A DNA stretch of 64,000 bases from Oikopleura dioica (GCA_907165135.1 OU015569.1:8246001-8310000); one strand, 5' to 3'. Positions 39,101 through 54,300 are shown, counted from the stretch's first letter. Numbers and translations: made by a program. Notes: generated by a model not told the origin, from the letters alone.

Positions 39101-42100
39101 CGAATAAGTTGAAATGGCGATTTCACTGCGCATATAGACCTCAATCTTGCTCACTCCTCGAGTCTCGTCACCGAGAGCTGAAAAATGCTGTCTTTATCAT
39201 GGCGCATTCACTCTCGGTTGACTGGCCGGTTGTGCTCAAAAGAGTCGTCTTTATCATGAATGCAATGCCCAACAAGAGCACTCGCGTGTCGCCTCACGAA
39301 GCCGTTTTTGGTACTCCCCGCAGCTCTCTGATTTCGATAGAATGACTGAGATGCCGTCGGGCGTTAACATCCCTGATTTTCTCAAGCAGCGAAGAAGAGT
39401 TACGAAGCTACTCTACGATAAAATGTCTATTTGTCAGCAGCACGCTGACGAATCTGTGCTCCGGAACCGTCCAAGAATCACCCCTGAACCGTTAGAACCT
39501 GGCGACGAAATTCTGATCAAACGCGAAAACTCGACAGTCGCGAAGTCGTCCAAATGTCGCTGGCTTGGCCCGTATTACGTGCAAGCTTCAAACGGATTCG
39601 TTGTCCAGGCCTCTGACGAGGAAGGTAATTCGGATTGGTTCCATCGGTCCTCTTGTATCAAAAAGATCAAGAGGTTCCCACATCTTGGTCCAATTCCATA
39701 TTTCCCTGCCCTCAATATTCCGCTGCCAAATACCACACCCAACCCTCCAAAAGTCCAATCCCGCTCGTGGACCCTCCTCCTGATAACCTAAGAATTGATC
39801 CGGAGGCAGTGCGCCCTGAAAATGTTACTCCGCCACCTCCCGATCAAGAGGAAACGATTTACTTTGACTGTGAGGATCCTGCGAACACGACAGTACAGCC
39901 CGCTGATTCTACTCAGAATACCGTTTCGCCGGCTGAAAACCGTCCTCCGGAACCCTCACAGTCACCCCTGACAGTTCCTGCAGATATCGGAAATTCTAGC
40001 GCACCGTCAGAACCAGCACCTGGTCCTGCGCGCGTTGTGCGCTCCTACAAAATCCCAGGCTTCCAGCCCCTATGCTACGCGGCCCGTCACGCGAAATCAG
40101 CTTTTGAAGCAAGCCCAGGCAAAAGACCGCTCGGAAAAACAGGCCCAAGAAACCCAGGACCAAAAAGTGGCCCAGGAACTTGCGGACCAAAAACTTGCCC
40201 AGGAGCTTCAAAAGAAAGAAGTCCGCCGCTCGGACCGAAATCAGAGTTAATGAATGTCCCCTGGTCGATTCGATCGATTAGTTCACTGCCTGGAGGCATT
40301 TCACTGTATTTCAGTGTTTGTAGCCAGTGTCCTAGCGTTCTTCTCTTCCTCTGCATTCATTTTACTAACCATGTCCTATCGTTATCACTGTTCCGACGGT
40401 GATAACGATTTAGTAGTCCTTTTTCATTCCCATAGCCATAATTCGCCTTTCTAGAACATGTCTGACAAGCCCATCGCTGACAGCAACACCCTGGACGAAC
40501 TGCTCCGCGAGGAGCACAGTGCCGACGCAATCGACATTAACGCCGACGACGAGCTGACCACCCAAGACGAGCAAAGTGGTCCCTCGCTCTCGTTCGAAGC
40601 ACCGGTCCCGGCTTTACCGGCATCAAGCGACTTCCGCGCTGCCCCTGGTTACGTTCCCCCAAGTCCCGAAGAGATTGAAGCCGCGGAGCGCATCCTCGAC
40701 GAGAAACGCGCTGAACTCTATGCCAAGCGTGATGCTAACCTCCGCCGTGGACCCCGATTCATGTACGGCACCTCCAAGTCGTCCCCATCATCGCGAGACT
40801 CAGGTCGGTCCTCTTCGGAAGCCGACTCTGGTGTCCCCGCATTTTACAACCCAGGTTCGCCCCGATCTGAGACTCGAGCTATTCAGCCCAAGAAGAAGCT
40901 CAAATCCATCGTTGTTGTCCCGCAAAAACCGGGCGCAAGGTTGCGAGCCTTCCACGTAACGCGCCTAGTCCTGGCCCTGGAAAAATCATCGTCCCGATCA
41001 CCCAGCCGCGCGGTGCGGTTGGCTCTGGCTACCGCATCGTCGACGCGCCAAACCGCGGTAACATGGCGATTTCTATCAATGGTGGTGCGAATCGAGCTCC
41101 AATTCGAGCCCCAGTAGCTCCATTGGTGCCCCAGAATCAGCCCCGTGCCCCACTCGCCGGCCTTAACCTCGACCAGGATGTGGCTCAGGCTCTCGGTCGA
41201 CTCACCGCTGCAAACTGGGTCGATCTCCTCCGAAACTTGGGTGGTGACCCGCAAAATCAACCTCAGCCCGCTCCAGAACCCGAAAATCCGGTCAATGACC
41301 AGATTCAGGGCCCTCGGAAACATGGTATGCTCGTCACGGCAGCCAGCACCAACACTGCTGCTAAAAACACAGTGTTGAGTTGTTGTCCCTGTTCCAGAAG
41401 CACGTCACCGACCTTGACAAGCCGGAATTCGCCGAATCCGACGGCTGGAAGGAGATCAAAGAGCGCGCCAAAGTGCTCTTTGCGCCAAGTTCTGATCTCG
41501 GCTTTGTTGCGACCAATGTGGTCCTCGGCAAGCGCATGAGCGTCTGCAACTTCGTCAAGAGCTACAACCCTGCCGCCGCTGAATTCTTCAACTGCGATTG
41601 CGATGAATAATCGGACTCGGACATGCTTTGCTCTGTATTTTACTGCCCTGCTCTCATATCACTGCTCTTACAGAACGAACGCGCCGGAAGGCATAATGGG
41701 TTCAGAGCGGCTAGTCCGTTATGTAACTCAGTGTGCCTCGGGCTGCGCGGAGGCGGACGATTTTCGCTCGACTCTGCGCCCGGCGCAAATTTCCAGTTCA
41801 GTGTCCTGCCAACCTCGGCGAAAGCCGCTTTGCATTTTTATGATCGAGCGCCAAATACATAGAGAAAAACTCCATCTACTGTGTCTTCACTGAGTTTATT
41901 CTAGAGTTGTCGTAGCAGGAATTCGTAGCAACGAGGCACAAAGAACATGGCCTCATCGTTGACCATAGTCGTACCCTTGGACAGTAGCTTCTCAAGAGTT
42001 ACTGGCCAAGGATACTCTCGGACTCCGTTGAGAACCCAGTAGAAATTATTCAAATAGGATTTACCGAGTTATCATGGCACTTATTACAATAATATTTCCC

Positions 42101-44909
42101 GGTAAATGCGCAATGACGAGGTGGGCCATAAATGATGCCTATGCGATTAGATAAATGATCGAAATAATGAACTAGAGTACCGATTGGAGTCTCGCATTCG
42201 AAGCAGCGATAGTTTTGAGCAGGTAAGCCGAAATCAGCTGGAAGAACCAAGAGTTGATTTTTGAGAACAGAAGAGTACTCTGACGATCGAGAGTCGTAAG
42301 AATTCACTAGCAACAATTTTGATAAGAAAAACCATGGGAGATTGGCTAAGCGAGCTTATTTGTAACGATTATGATAAGTGATAGCAGTTTAATTAAATCG
42401 ACTTTCTCACACTCAGATTATTGTTTATCGACGAGATAAGCAAAAGCTTATTGCCGGCTTTTACCTGAGATAACCTCGAAGTGATTGGACTCGGCAGATC
42501 CAAAATGCTCTATTTCGTATCTCAAATCCGCAACCCATTTGGCAGAGTCATGATGCGAATAACCGCAAAGGTAAAGACTTTTTCGACCCCGAATTTCGAC
42601 TCGGAAACAAAATGGCTTCATTTTTTCGTCTTCTATTACATCTAACATAGCGTCGACGGGAATAGTCAGAGCAGCACTTTCATCCGTGTCTGATCGGTAG
42701 TACGTGAGCTGGTGATCTGCTAGCTACAGTAAATAATAGTATCAGAATACTCTTGTTTATCGCTTACCTTGAAATATCGGCGCCTCCAAAATCCTGTCCA
42801 GTCCCCTTTCCGCTGAAGAAAGCCTTCTCGATGTCGCGCTCCAACAGGTCGACCGGAAAGGCTTTCTCGATGTTTCTCTGTGACTCTATCAAGCCATGGG
42901 AGACCTTCATCGTCGTCTTTTCCTCGATTTATACAGATTACATTAAGAGATTAAATTCGATTCTCTGGAGGAAAACATAGCGGCCAATAATAATTACATT
43001 GAAATCTTTCCTGTCATTTCTTTGCTAAACATAGCCGCAAAGGCCTTTTGATTAGCACTGATGGTTTCCTCGACTGTTGAAGCGCATTCTTCATTTTGAT
43101 TGTGCTCGTCTTCGTCATCTTCGTCGACCACTGTTTGAATAATGTCATCTTCATTTCCAGAAGGAGCGTAGCAACTTTTCACTGGCGGCGACGCTTCGAT
43201 CTCTTCCAGAGCATGAATATCGCATTGTGACTCTGTGTCTGATACCTCCGCTTCATTCTTCTCTGTAACTTCGTCGTCTTCAACTTTTTGGCTTTCGATT
43301 GGAGCATAGGATTCATCTTCTATTTCTGATGATTGATCCTGTGTCGCTCTATTCAAGCTGTCTTCTACGAAATGCGTGTCTGAAGTGTTCGGAGTAAGCT
43401 CCTGCTCCGTAAACACAAGCTTCGTATATTGCTTTCGCTCTTCTTCCGCTACTTTGGTCAAGGGTGAGCTTTCGCGATTTTTTCCGCTATAAAGAGTTTG
43501 AATCTGATCGTTTTCCATAGCTTGATCGACCTCCGTACGATCTTTCCCATCATTGCCCATTGACTCTTCAAGTTCCGATAAATAACACGTCGGTTCCGAT
43601 GATTTTATCGTCTCCCTTGCATCAGATACAACGGAAATCGCATCATCAAACAATTCCTGATTTTCAAATGACCCAGTTGAAAGGACAGGGTTGCGTTTTT
43701 GTGCACGTCTTCGCCTTCTTGACATTTTAGATCTGAAAACTTCCACGCCTTCATCTCCAGCAAAGTCCGTCATCGTCGAGCAAATGGACTCGGTAACTAC
43801 AGACGACATCATCGACGCAGAATCATCGAAATCATTAGCAACAGAATCACCAGCGGCAGTTAAAGACTCGGGCGCTCTCGGCTTCGGTAGCATCGCTTTA
43901 TTGCTTTTTCGCTGATGTTGGGGAGCGACAATAGCGGCGAGCTCAAGAGTGTGACGACTCCAGGAGTCCAAAATCGGCGAGTTTGTCGTGAAGTTAAATT
44001 TGAGCCTTTCTAGACCTTGAAGAGAGTTTTTGAATACTTCAGCATTGTCTGGATCCCGCAATAAAGCGTACGGCTCGTAATGCTTATTCAATAAATCCTT
44101 GTCGAGCATCAACGCTTGAAGATAACAGTCAAGAACTTGCGTGTTCATGAAATTTCTTTTTGGGAATACTCAATTGCTATTAAAACGCAACATCTGTACA
44201 GGGAGTCGTTCCTTGCCTGATTGCAGCTCTGGAAAGTCCTGATTTCGTTTTGAGCTGTTTGTTCTCCAAGGTCAGCGACTTGATATCTGACTTACTCAAC
44301 AGTTTCTCCATTAGCGCCCAAAGATTTACTTGAGCAGTCTCACGGCCGTCTGATTTCGTTTTGCGGACATACTTTTTATTCATCCCGTGAATGATACAAG
44401 CTTCGATGAGTGATAAGAGCTCCCGCGAGTAATCGTTGTCCGCCACTTCGATTTGGAATTGGTTAGAAGACAGTCCATCGCTCGACGCTGCTTCCTATTA
44501 CTATCGATATTATTTGATTTAAGTTATTAAATTTATTAATTCTGCTTTATGACAAAAAATTCGCAACGTAAGCCATTTTATCCTTCGAACAAGGCAAAGT
44601 TCGCGAGAAACACAAGTTAAAAACATTGCTGCCCGAAGGCAGTAAACGTGGACGACCTCACTGACAAGTTCGGCACTTTATACCTTTCATTTCGAACCCG
44701 AAGCGAGTTAATAACGTCGCAACAGACGGTTTTAGGTGCGATACTTTTGCCTGTTACCCACGGTCAATTATTAAATCTCAGAACTAGCTGTAAACCTTTT
44801 GAACAGCTTTGACAGCGTGTCTGACTTCTTTGGTGAGTTCAGATCGCAAGAAGGAGTGAAATGCCTCCAAACGAGCGAGTTCGTCCGACGTCGTCCGATG
44901 CCTGAACAT
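33117..44909 (-). CDS. PLEKHM1: PLEKHM1-like protein (RUN + PH + Rubicon-homology domain); one intron contains the retrotransposon
   Basis: RUN 'LIEACIIHGM...YEPYALLRD'; PH 'FCFRVEIRGRKSLYLCG...KWV'; RH 'GLPAQNYRC...FTGKYYCNKCH...VIPARMIFNWD...CETCGFKGFYCELC...CPKCTR'. Confidence 0.85.
33857..34206 (+). repeat. 5' LTR (350 bp)
   Basis: TAATGGGTTC...GAACCCAGTA. Matches 41694-42041 except for one A-run length. Confidence 0.95.
34209..34221 (+). other. Putative primer-binding site
   Basis: TGGTGTGCAGAAG, 2 nt after the LTR. Starts with TGG (complement of tRNA CCA) and resembles the tRNA-Leu PBS TGGTGTCAGAAG with one extra base. Confidence 0.6.
34788..36164 (+). CDS. gag: Gag (458 aa) with Asn/Gly-rich C-terminus, no zinc knuckle
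   Basis: First long ORF after the LTR; coiled-coil N-terminus; capsid-like 'LPKFTG...STFINKV'. Confidence 0.85.
   Translation: MTTTMEELKAKILVAQTKLATYTDRPATTDAQVQAKADLEKEIADAKAELVQLVMSAGPATSASSGSSDMIHLEGQLLCQHLQSLPKFTGASAEDASTFINKVKAIIQSCRTLDFERIYASIKPKLSANVLKTLELASIKSESDLVKCIQTNYGNASNVFQRLETWQNRPKPFNKSFSTFHAECVAQLEPIIQGYEELIKANKIKADPTLTSYTPTFHDAFNLLVTMKTLHSIRQESAELYSSIVIELSTFSSPDQLAARAQALSVQTTFSSCNAAESRRPGNQSNKKGNNSSAKNDKRDDDDRHNNAQSNNNQNQSNNNRRRRRNGNNNGGHAGNGNGHNGDNRQNNGNNRSNNGGNAGNGNNGAKGNPNNQSMYRRHDGPNYPPQMRRYQSNPAYGQQVYGVNAAESADCAPPQGYEHFESPYNPNAAPFVPHNQMYNYNNASYYADPHPEYSSKN
36155..36196 (+). promoter_or_regulatory. -1 programmed ribosomal frameshift signal (gag-pol)
   Basis: Slippery A AAA AAC at 36155-36161 just before the gag TAA; 8-nt spacer; 10-bp stem UCCGGCGGAA/UUUCGUCGGA (36170-79/36187-96). 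The -1 frame is open into the protease. Confidence 0.8.
36160..40250 (+). CDS. pol: Pol polyprotein (protease, RT, RNase H, integrase, Pro-rich tail), broken by about 4 frameshifts in this assembly
   Basis: LYDTGS protease; 'LPFGL' and YVDD (RT); 'VTDAS' (RNase H); H-H-C-C-like, 'HVDFI', 'TDRGTHF' and 'GPY' (integrase). Confidence 0.93.
40458..41610 (+). CDS. Retrotransposon ORF3, about 384 aa after restoring two A-run deletions; not Env-like
   Basis: ORF-track pieces 40458, 41063 and 41380 join if one A is added at 40924-28 and one at 41363-67. Preceded by 'cctttctag|aacATG'. No signal peptide or TM segment. Confidence 0.7.
41694..42041 (+). repeat. 3' LTR (348 bp)
   Basis: Direct repeat of 33857-34206. 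Confidence 0.95.
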
Positions 44910-47560
44910 CTGAACAACAAACTGGTCAAAATCTAGATTACTTTCTCAATAGCCTGCTACTTGCTCAACATCCTGCGGGAAAGAACAAAGCGAGTGATTT
45001 TCAGTCAACCCAATTTATTATTTAATTGCATAACTGATAGCTGAAATGTCGGAGCACTCCAAAAGGGCGATTTGTAAGAAACAAGATCAGAAAAATAGTG
45101 GAGTTTGGGGTTTAAACGAGGACCTCGGTATTCAGTTTTCATAGGACGGTACAGTTGATACAGTCATATGGCGAAAAATTAAGGTCTGATTTGAGCTTTA
45201 AAATACGAGTTGCAGGGAAGTCTAATATCGTTCAGCAAGTGCTACTTCCGCTCGCCTCTCTTTAAGAGAGATTTACAAAGATGAACATAAGCGGGTGGGT
45301 GATGCCAGTCTGGCCCATCACACGGGTTCCTTTGAGCAGGAACGAATTTTGTACACACGCGCTCGGCACCGACTCCGGCCAAACTTAGAGCCACTTTGGA
45401 AGCATTGCTCTATTCTGTCCAGAATACGATCAGAAAACGTATCAGTTATTTAAAAAGCGGCCAGCGGAAATAACTGTGAATTAGATAATTTCAAGGAAAA
45501 AGTAACAATTTACAGTTGTTTACAATTTAAAATGATTCCTAGAGTTCTTTCTGAATCTTTTTCTTTTTATTTGAAATTTGACTTTGTCAAAGTTTTTCCT
45601 TGGGTTAATTTTGTTTTGATATGTTTGCAAAATAGAGAGGAAAGTAGCGGTGTAAAGTTATGAGCACTAGCAGTTGTATACAGTAATTGAATAACAAAAA
45701 GGACTGACTCTGGGTGTAGTTAACGGCGGGCGATAGATGGTCCAATATGCGCTCTTTGGATTTTTATTTCCGCGGAGAACAAGGCGATTACTTAATAAAT
45801 TTGGAACTTGTTTTTTTTTCTCGCATAAAGAAGAGCCCAGAGTGCAAATGAAAATGAACTGTGTTTCCAATTTATAAGAAAAAAGGAGAAATTGGGAACG
45901 AAAAACGGAACGGGATTGTATCTTGAGAAGGAGAACTCGTCAAGATACAATCCTAAGCAGAACGTATAAAAGGAAACAATATCCTTAGCGGAAGTACTAA
46001 CTGTGCTAAACCGGGAAACAAGCTTGATCGCCTTTCTCAGGGTTCTAGCGCTCTCAATATGAGTTGGTCGAAGTTTAAGCTGCAAGAATACTGAGTCAGT
46101 ATTACTGACAGCAGAAACTAGAATCAAGTCTATTAAAAAGAAAGGGAGCAAGGAATCCTTAGAAGCAGTTTGAGCGGCTTAAACAAAGCACATATTATAG
46201 GAAATCGAGCTAGATGATCTTTTACGCGATTCCTGCAGCGGGACATAGACTTTTTCCGAGTCCGATTGAGGGAACCAGCCCAGGACGGAACACGGGAAGG
46301 GAGCAGTAAAGTGGTAGGGGGCGATTTTCTGATACTGAACTTTTTCGTTGGCTAGTTGATAGGTTTGTTTTCGATTAGGGACAAAAAAGGCAGGTTGTTT
46401 TATCTGAGTGTTGTTTTTCAGTTAGGTGTTTCAACCCAATACGTTCTAAAATAACGACCGCAAACGCTAAACCGTAGAATTTTTTGTAGTTTTATGTTTT
46501 TGGTTGTGGAAGAATAAGGAATTTATACAACGATGTGAAAAAACGAATCTTACTTTTTAAAGAAAAACTGTAGAAAAGGCAAAGCTTAAGCCTACACACT
46601 TGTGTGGTTCATTTTCTGTTTAAGACTTATAAGTTGGGTTTTAAAAAGATTTTTTTGTTTTTTGTGGCTCTGAAGGGCACCGCACGCTCGCTAGCTGAGA
46701 GCGACTAGACTTTGTAAACCTGGTGTGCCCAAGTATAGTACGAATTCTCTCGCGCCAGAGGGGTGTGGTGCCTTTCTCGGGCTTTTTTGGTCGTCTTGGG
46801 GAAGTTACTTTTAAGGAGGTTTTTACGGTATAACTTTTCAGGGAACAACTATATTATCATGAATTATTTAACACCTTTAATCCATATAAGTTTTATGCAC
46901 AAGATAATATATAAAATATAACGAAGTTGATTAATAGTGAATTTCCTTACTGGCGGATGAAATTTTCTCATCGCGAAATTGAATTAAAATTTAAAAATCA
47001 ATGTCGAAATTAGTTCTTCTTGAAGAAAATAATTTATATTGAAAATAATATATAAGCCTGAAAAACATGGGAGTAACTTCACTTGTCACGGGGCAGTAGT
47101 GGAGAGAAAAAATGGAGCTCGAAACTAGAATTGTCCTAGAGGGTCATCTTGGGAAGAAAGGCGATGGAAAACGCGAACTGCTGTTAAAACCGGGGAGATA
47201 GGAGAGGAAAACTGGTTGCAAAACGGAATTTGGAGGAACTTTTGTTGAATTTTGGTGAACGTCACGAAAGGTGTCACTATATCGGTTATAAAAGAAGCAT
47301 GGATCACTGAAACGTTAAAGCTAAGTACAATATGGAGCGGGATCGGAACGGGGAAGATCGAGCGGGCGATGGTCGAGCCAATGAACAGATCAGCATTCCC
47401 AAAGATCGATCTTGCGCCGCGAGCTCAGTCGCTTCAAATTGTCAGCCAGGATTTCTTTTTCAAATGATCAGTTTTCTTTTGGTTTCGTTTTTGCGGGAAA
47501 AGATCCCAGGCATTGTTGAACCTCGTCGTTGTTGATTTCAGTGTTGCTCCGATGTTGAAG

Positions 47561-50174
<2,614 letters not shown>

Positions 50175-53100
50175 TTTTAGTTTCGGATTAGTTAAGTTTT
50201 CTTGAAGTCAAAGCGTAGGTAGGTGGAGAAGTGCGCTTCTTTGTTTTTCTGTCGCAGATTTCCTTGAGCCGTTTTATCGACTCTCTCTCTCTAAGAAGAT
50301 ACGAAAAAACGAATTGGTTTTTGTTTTTTGGGCAAGTTTTTTTTTTGAGGTGTCGTTTTTTCGCGTTTAATTTTTTCGAAGTCGCTGTGGTGGTCGCCGT
50401 TTGAGCTGTTTCTCTCAAAACTGTGAAGAAGGAGGTTTGGTATGAGTTAGGAAGAGAGAGAGAGAGGGACGCCTGAGCGGAGTTTCACTGGGCACGGTTG
50501 AGCAGCAGTAAGAGCACGGCGCGTCCATTATAAAGCATCGCGTGGGTGGGCGCGCGAGATTGACCAAAGCCAGCAACAAGGCAGCGCTGCTCAGCTCTCG
50601 TGAAAAAAGCTAACCACAGGGGTGAGCCACGCGTGGGCTAGACTCACCAACAATCAAACTCTACTTACAGTAATTACGGCCTCTTGAGTTGACTCCACTG
50701 CTCGACAACTTCCTTCATCCATCTGGTGAGCCTTCGTTTATTCTAGTTACTCGCGTCGAAGACAGTTACGATGAGTCAGAACGGTAGAAAGCAAACTCAT
50801 AAAATTGACGTAGTCAGAAGAAGGATTTCGAGCTCGTAAACAACTCCAAGTTTAAAGCTCAAGTTCATGGAGTCTGTAGACTTCGCTAGCTAATCAGACC
50901 CTTGCGCAATTTGGGATCATCAATCAAGTCTTCTTGATTTCGACGGACCGAGCTGTTTTTCCGTTCTGAGCAAAAGAAATGCGAACCGAAGAAAAAGTTG
51001 GATCTTCTTTTCAGCAGCGCCAACAGATTGCCAATCTGATGATTTTACCTTTGACGTGGAGTCGCTAAAACAGCAACTCCTGTAATAATATTTTATAGTC
51101 GACTCTGCTTCAATTACTGTAACTTGAGAAAGAGCCATTCGAGGATTCCTTTGCCGATTTGAACGTCGGAGCTGATCCTCCACTGGCATCAAGTCCGGTT
51201 CAAAGTTTTCTACCGGCGAATGAATCACTGAATGATGAAATATGCCGCATATTATATGCGCCAACTCCAGCTAAAGCTAAAAAAGACTCTTGTGCAACGG
51301 ATCTTCGCCATTTCAATTAATCAAAAGTTCATTTCATTTTTATATTCAATCATTGATTAGACTAACGTTACGTAACGTATTTTCGTGTTGATGTTTTCAA
51401 CCGGTAAAAATAGCTCGGTTACAGTACGTAAATGGATAGGTGAAACTGGTGATCACGTTACTTGTGCGTTACGAACAGGTTAGATATTCTAGCGATTGCC
51501 CAAGTCACGCGACTTCTGACGAAATGTTTCAGGGCATGTCCATTCGAGCCATAATTGCTCATTGCTATCATTTAGCTCATTCGTGAAGATTACTCCGTTT
51601 ACAGGTGACCTTTTTTGCTGGACACTGGATTCAGGTCAAGTTTTGTCTGGACATCTTTGTCACTACTCACAATAAACTTGATTGAAAAGAATTGTTCTTT
51701 TTGGACTCCCACTTGGGGATCTCCTAGCTTCTTTCCCCGCTTTTCATCGAAATCTCCCCCGTTCACTTTTTGATATAGCTTTATTAGCCATCAATGTTTA
51801 ATAATCATATATTATGATATGATTCATATCCATATGAATTTTTCGAATAATCTATAAGAAAAAGAATGACCTCTTTCTAAACTGCGATGTTCAGAGCAAG
51901 CACGAAATATTTTTAAACCAGGGTTTATTTCCGAAGATCAAATACGAACGCAAATGTTGAACTCTTTTATTGACACATGATCACAGGGTACAGCTCACGC
52001 GTTTCGCCTATGTCTTTGCTCGTGATACCCTTCTTTTATTGCTTTCAATATAGCGACATGCCTAGGATACGAATTTTATATTGATAATCGGTGCTGTAAT
52101 GCTGGTTTTCGGGAGGAGTATTTTCTTAAAGAATAACTGAAAATCTGTCCTGCTGCGAGCAAAATCTGATAGAACTTCAGATTTGTGGCTGCCCTTTGTT
52201 TGACAGTGCCCGAGAAAGAGCCCCTGTTGTGTTGTGACTTCGATTTCTGGGTTGAGTGAGTTTAGAAAAGAAACAGCTTTTGCCTCCTTCGATTGTTTAT
52301 TTACCCTACTTAAAATCAGCGTAATTACAGTGAGCTCGGCGGGTCAGCCAGGGGCCGAATGACCCGGTAAATCACCGTTCGGCTGGTTCGTTCCCGGATT
52401 CCTCCGAAAGCAATCTTAGAACTATGCCACACATCACTGATTGCGCACATCTCTTCCGTGATTTTCCAGTGATCTAATTGACATTTCCGATTCGCTAGCC
52501 ATTGAATTTCAAAAGCTCGTAAAACTTAATCAGTAAAGGCGAATTGAATAGTTGTTTGTTGAAAGCATCTAAATGTCGCTAACGGGGATCATTATTCGAG
52601 CAGCGTGTCCATGCGATGTTTTCAAAACTTCAAGCGCCACATAAAAGTTCTTCGGCAACGTCGTTGACTCAAACTCACCGTGTTTTCATCCCTTGTTTTA
52701 CAACTCAAGAACTCGTCACAGCCTGCGGCCCAATTCAAACTTTGTAATTCATCTCAGAATATTTGCTCATAAAAAAGCTAACAACAAAAAACTGAGAGTA
52801 ATTTGCAGTAAGTCGATGCTAGGCCGTGAAACTGGAACTCCTCTGGAATGCAGCCTTTTGCTGACTAGCTTGAATACTGGAATTGGGCGAGACAATAGAA
52901 ACAAACTAATTTTGATGAAAGCCCGTTCGAGACCAGCAAATATACAAAATGTTTTCTTTGGAAAGTCTGATCGCGCGTTTTCCACTCTAAAAGGCAAATA
53001 CTTTTATCACAAGGAAAGAATTAGCGTGAAAAGTATTGTAAACGTCTCGAACTCGAAAAATAGGGCGTTTGATTCGAGCTCTGGTTTACGAAAAAGTGGA

Positions 53101-54104
53101 CTGATGATGTTTTGAGTGGTGACTTCGGAGTATTCCTCGAAACGAGAAAGAAAACCTATCAGATGTCAGACTAATAATTTAAAGGGGAAGCTACAGTAGA
53201 GAACCGGCCGGTCAGACCTAAAATAGAAGGGGCAAACTCTTCGTCGATCGAGTTTCGAGTAAACTCGAGCTGCGTCACGAGGGAGCGGCCGCCATCCTAC
53301 TTGATAATCTTTCCCCCCAGATCAGACATTGACCCTACAATTCAGACCTGAATTTGAGTTAGGTGATTCTGATAGTTTGCGACAGAATTCAAAGACAGCT
53401 GCTCAATACGGTATTGGCCTTGAGCGGGAAGCTACAACTGAACAAATCGATAAAAACGGCAAAGTGAAAGTTGACCCAAGTATGATCTTCTGTACATTTC
53501 CAAAAATATCTCCCTCGACCCAAAAGGTGTTAATGGCAAGTTATTTGAGCTAAAAGTGAAGGTACAAACTAGAATGTTCGCCTTCGAGAAAAACTGTTTA
53601 TTGGATCACGAGATTTTAGTACTGCAGCATAACATTTGATTGCACTGTTTTTCACGATGACTGAGAGTTAATAGACCTCACGAGAAATCAATTTTACAGT
53701 TACTGTATCATTTTCTGTCTCGACACTGGGTCGAATGTTAAATGGATTAATTCGAGTAATAAATCATTAATACCACTAATGATTTAGTACCGAGACAGTG
53801 TTTTTATCAGCAAAAAATATTCGACCGAAAAGTAGCGGTTAAGACATCACAAGACAAAAATAAATTCAAAAATTATTCTGAATTGAGATTGACTGCGACA
53901 ATCCGCCAGGTGGATTTCCTTTTCAGGCAAGCCATAAAAACAACGGGCGACACTGCAGCACGTGATCATAATTCGTAGCTCATGAGAACTTTTAAATCAA
54001 AATTTCGCACGGTTGGAAAAGCTCGTCCTCCTGGATTTGCATGAGAAACCAGCAACGATCACTCGGCTACGATTTAGAGGGCCGTTTTCGCGTCCGCCTC
54101 TCCA

Positions 54105-54188
54105 GCTCCTGTGGCGCAATCGGTTAGCGCGCTGTACTTATAGACATGAGAGATGCGGAGGTTGTGAGTTCGAGCCTCACCAGGAGCA
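54105..54188 (+). tRNA. tRNA-Ile(TAT) with 10-nt intron (54143-54152)
   Basis: GCTCCTG/CAGGAGC acceptor stem, TGGCGCAATCGG A-box, anticodon TAT at 54139-41, GTTCGAGC B-box, T5 terminator at 54192-96. Confidence 0.95.
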
Positions 54189-54300
54189 AGCTTTTTGTCT
54201 AATGGTGTCATCCCGCATCGGGAGAGTTCGATGATAGAATTGTAGCCTGGACGGTTTGAGGAAAATTCTGTGACAGTTACTTTATTTGCACATGTTCAAT

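Larger units (their letters stand above)
33857..42041 (+). mobile_element. Full-length Ty3/gypsy (Tor-like) LTR retrotransposon, 8185 bp, 4-bp TSD GAAA
   Basis: Two near-identical LTRs; GAAA at 33853-33856 and 42042-42045; gag, PR-RT-RH-IN pol and a third ORF. Confidence 0.97.

Noticed and set aside
36420-41370. Calling the retrotransposon a dead pseudogene, or invoking several programmed frameshifts
   Set aside because: Most breaks are one-base-short homopolymers, as in HSP60, and the LTRs are near-identical; assembly error is more likely.
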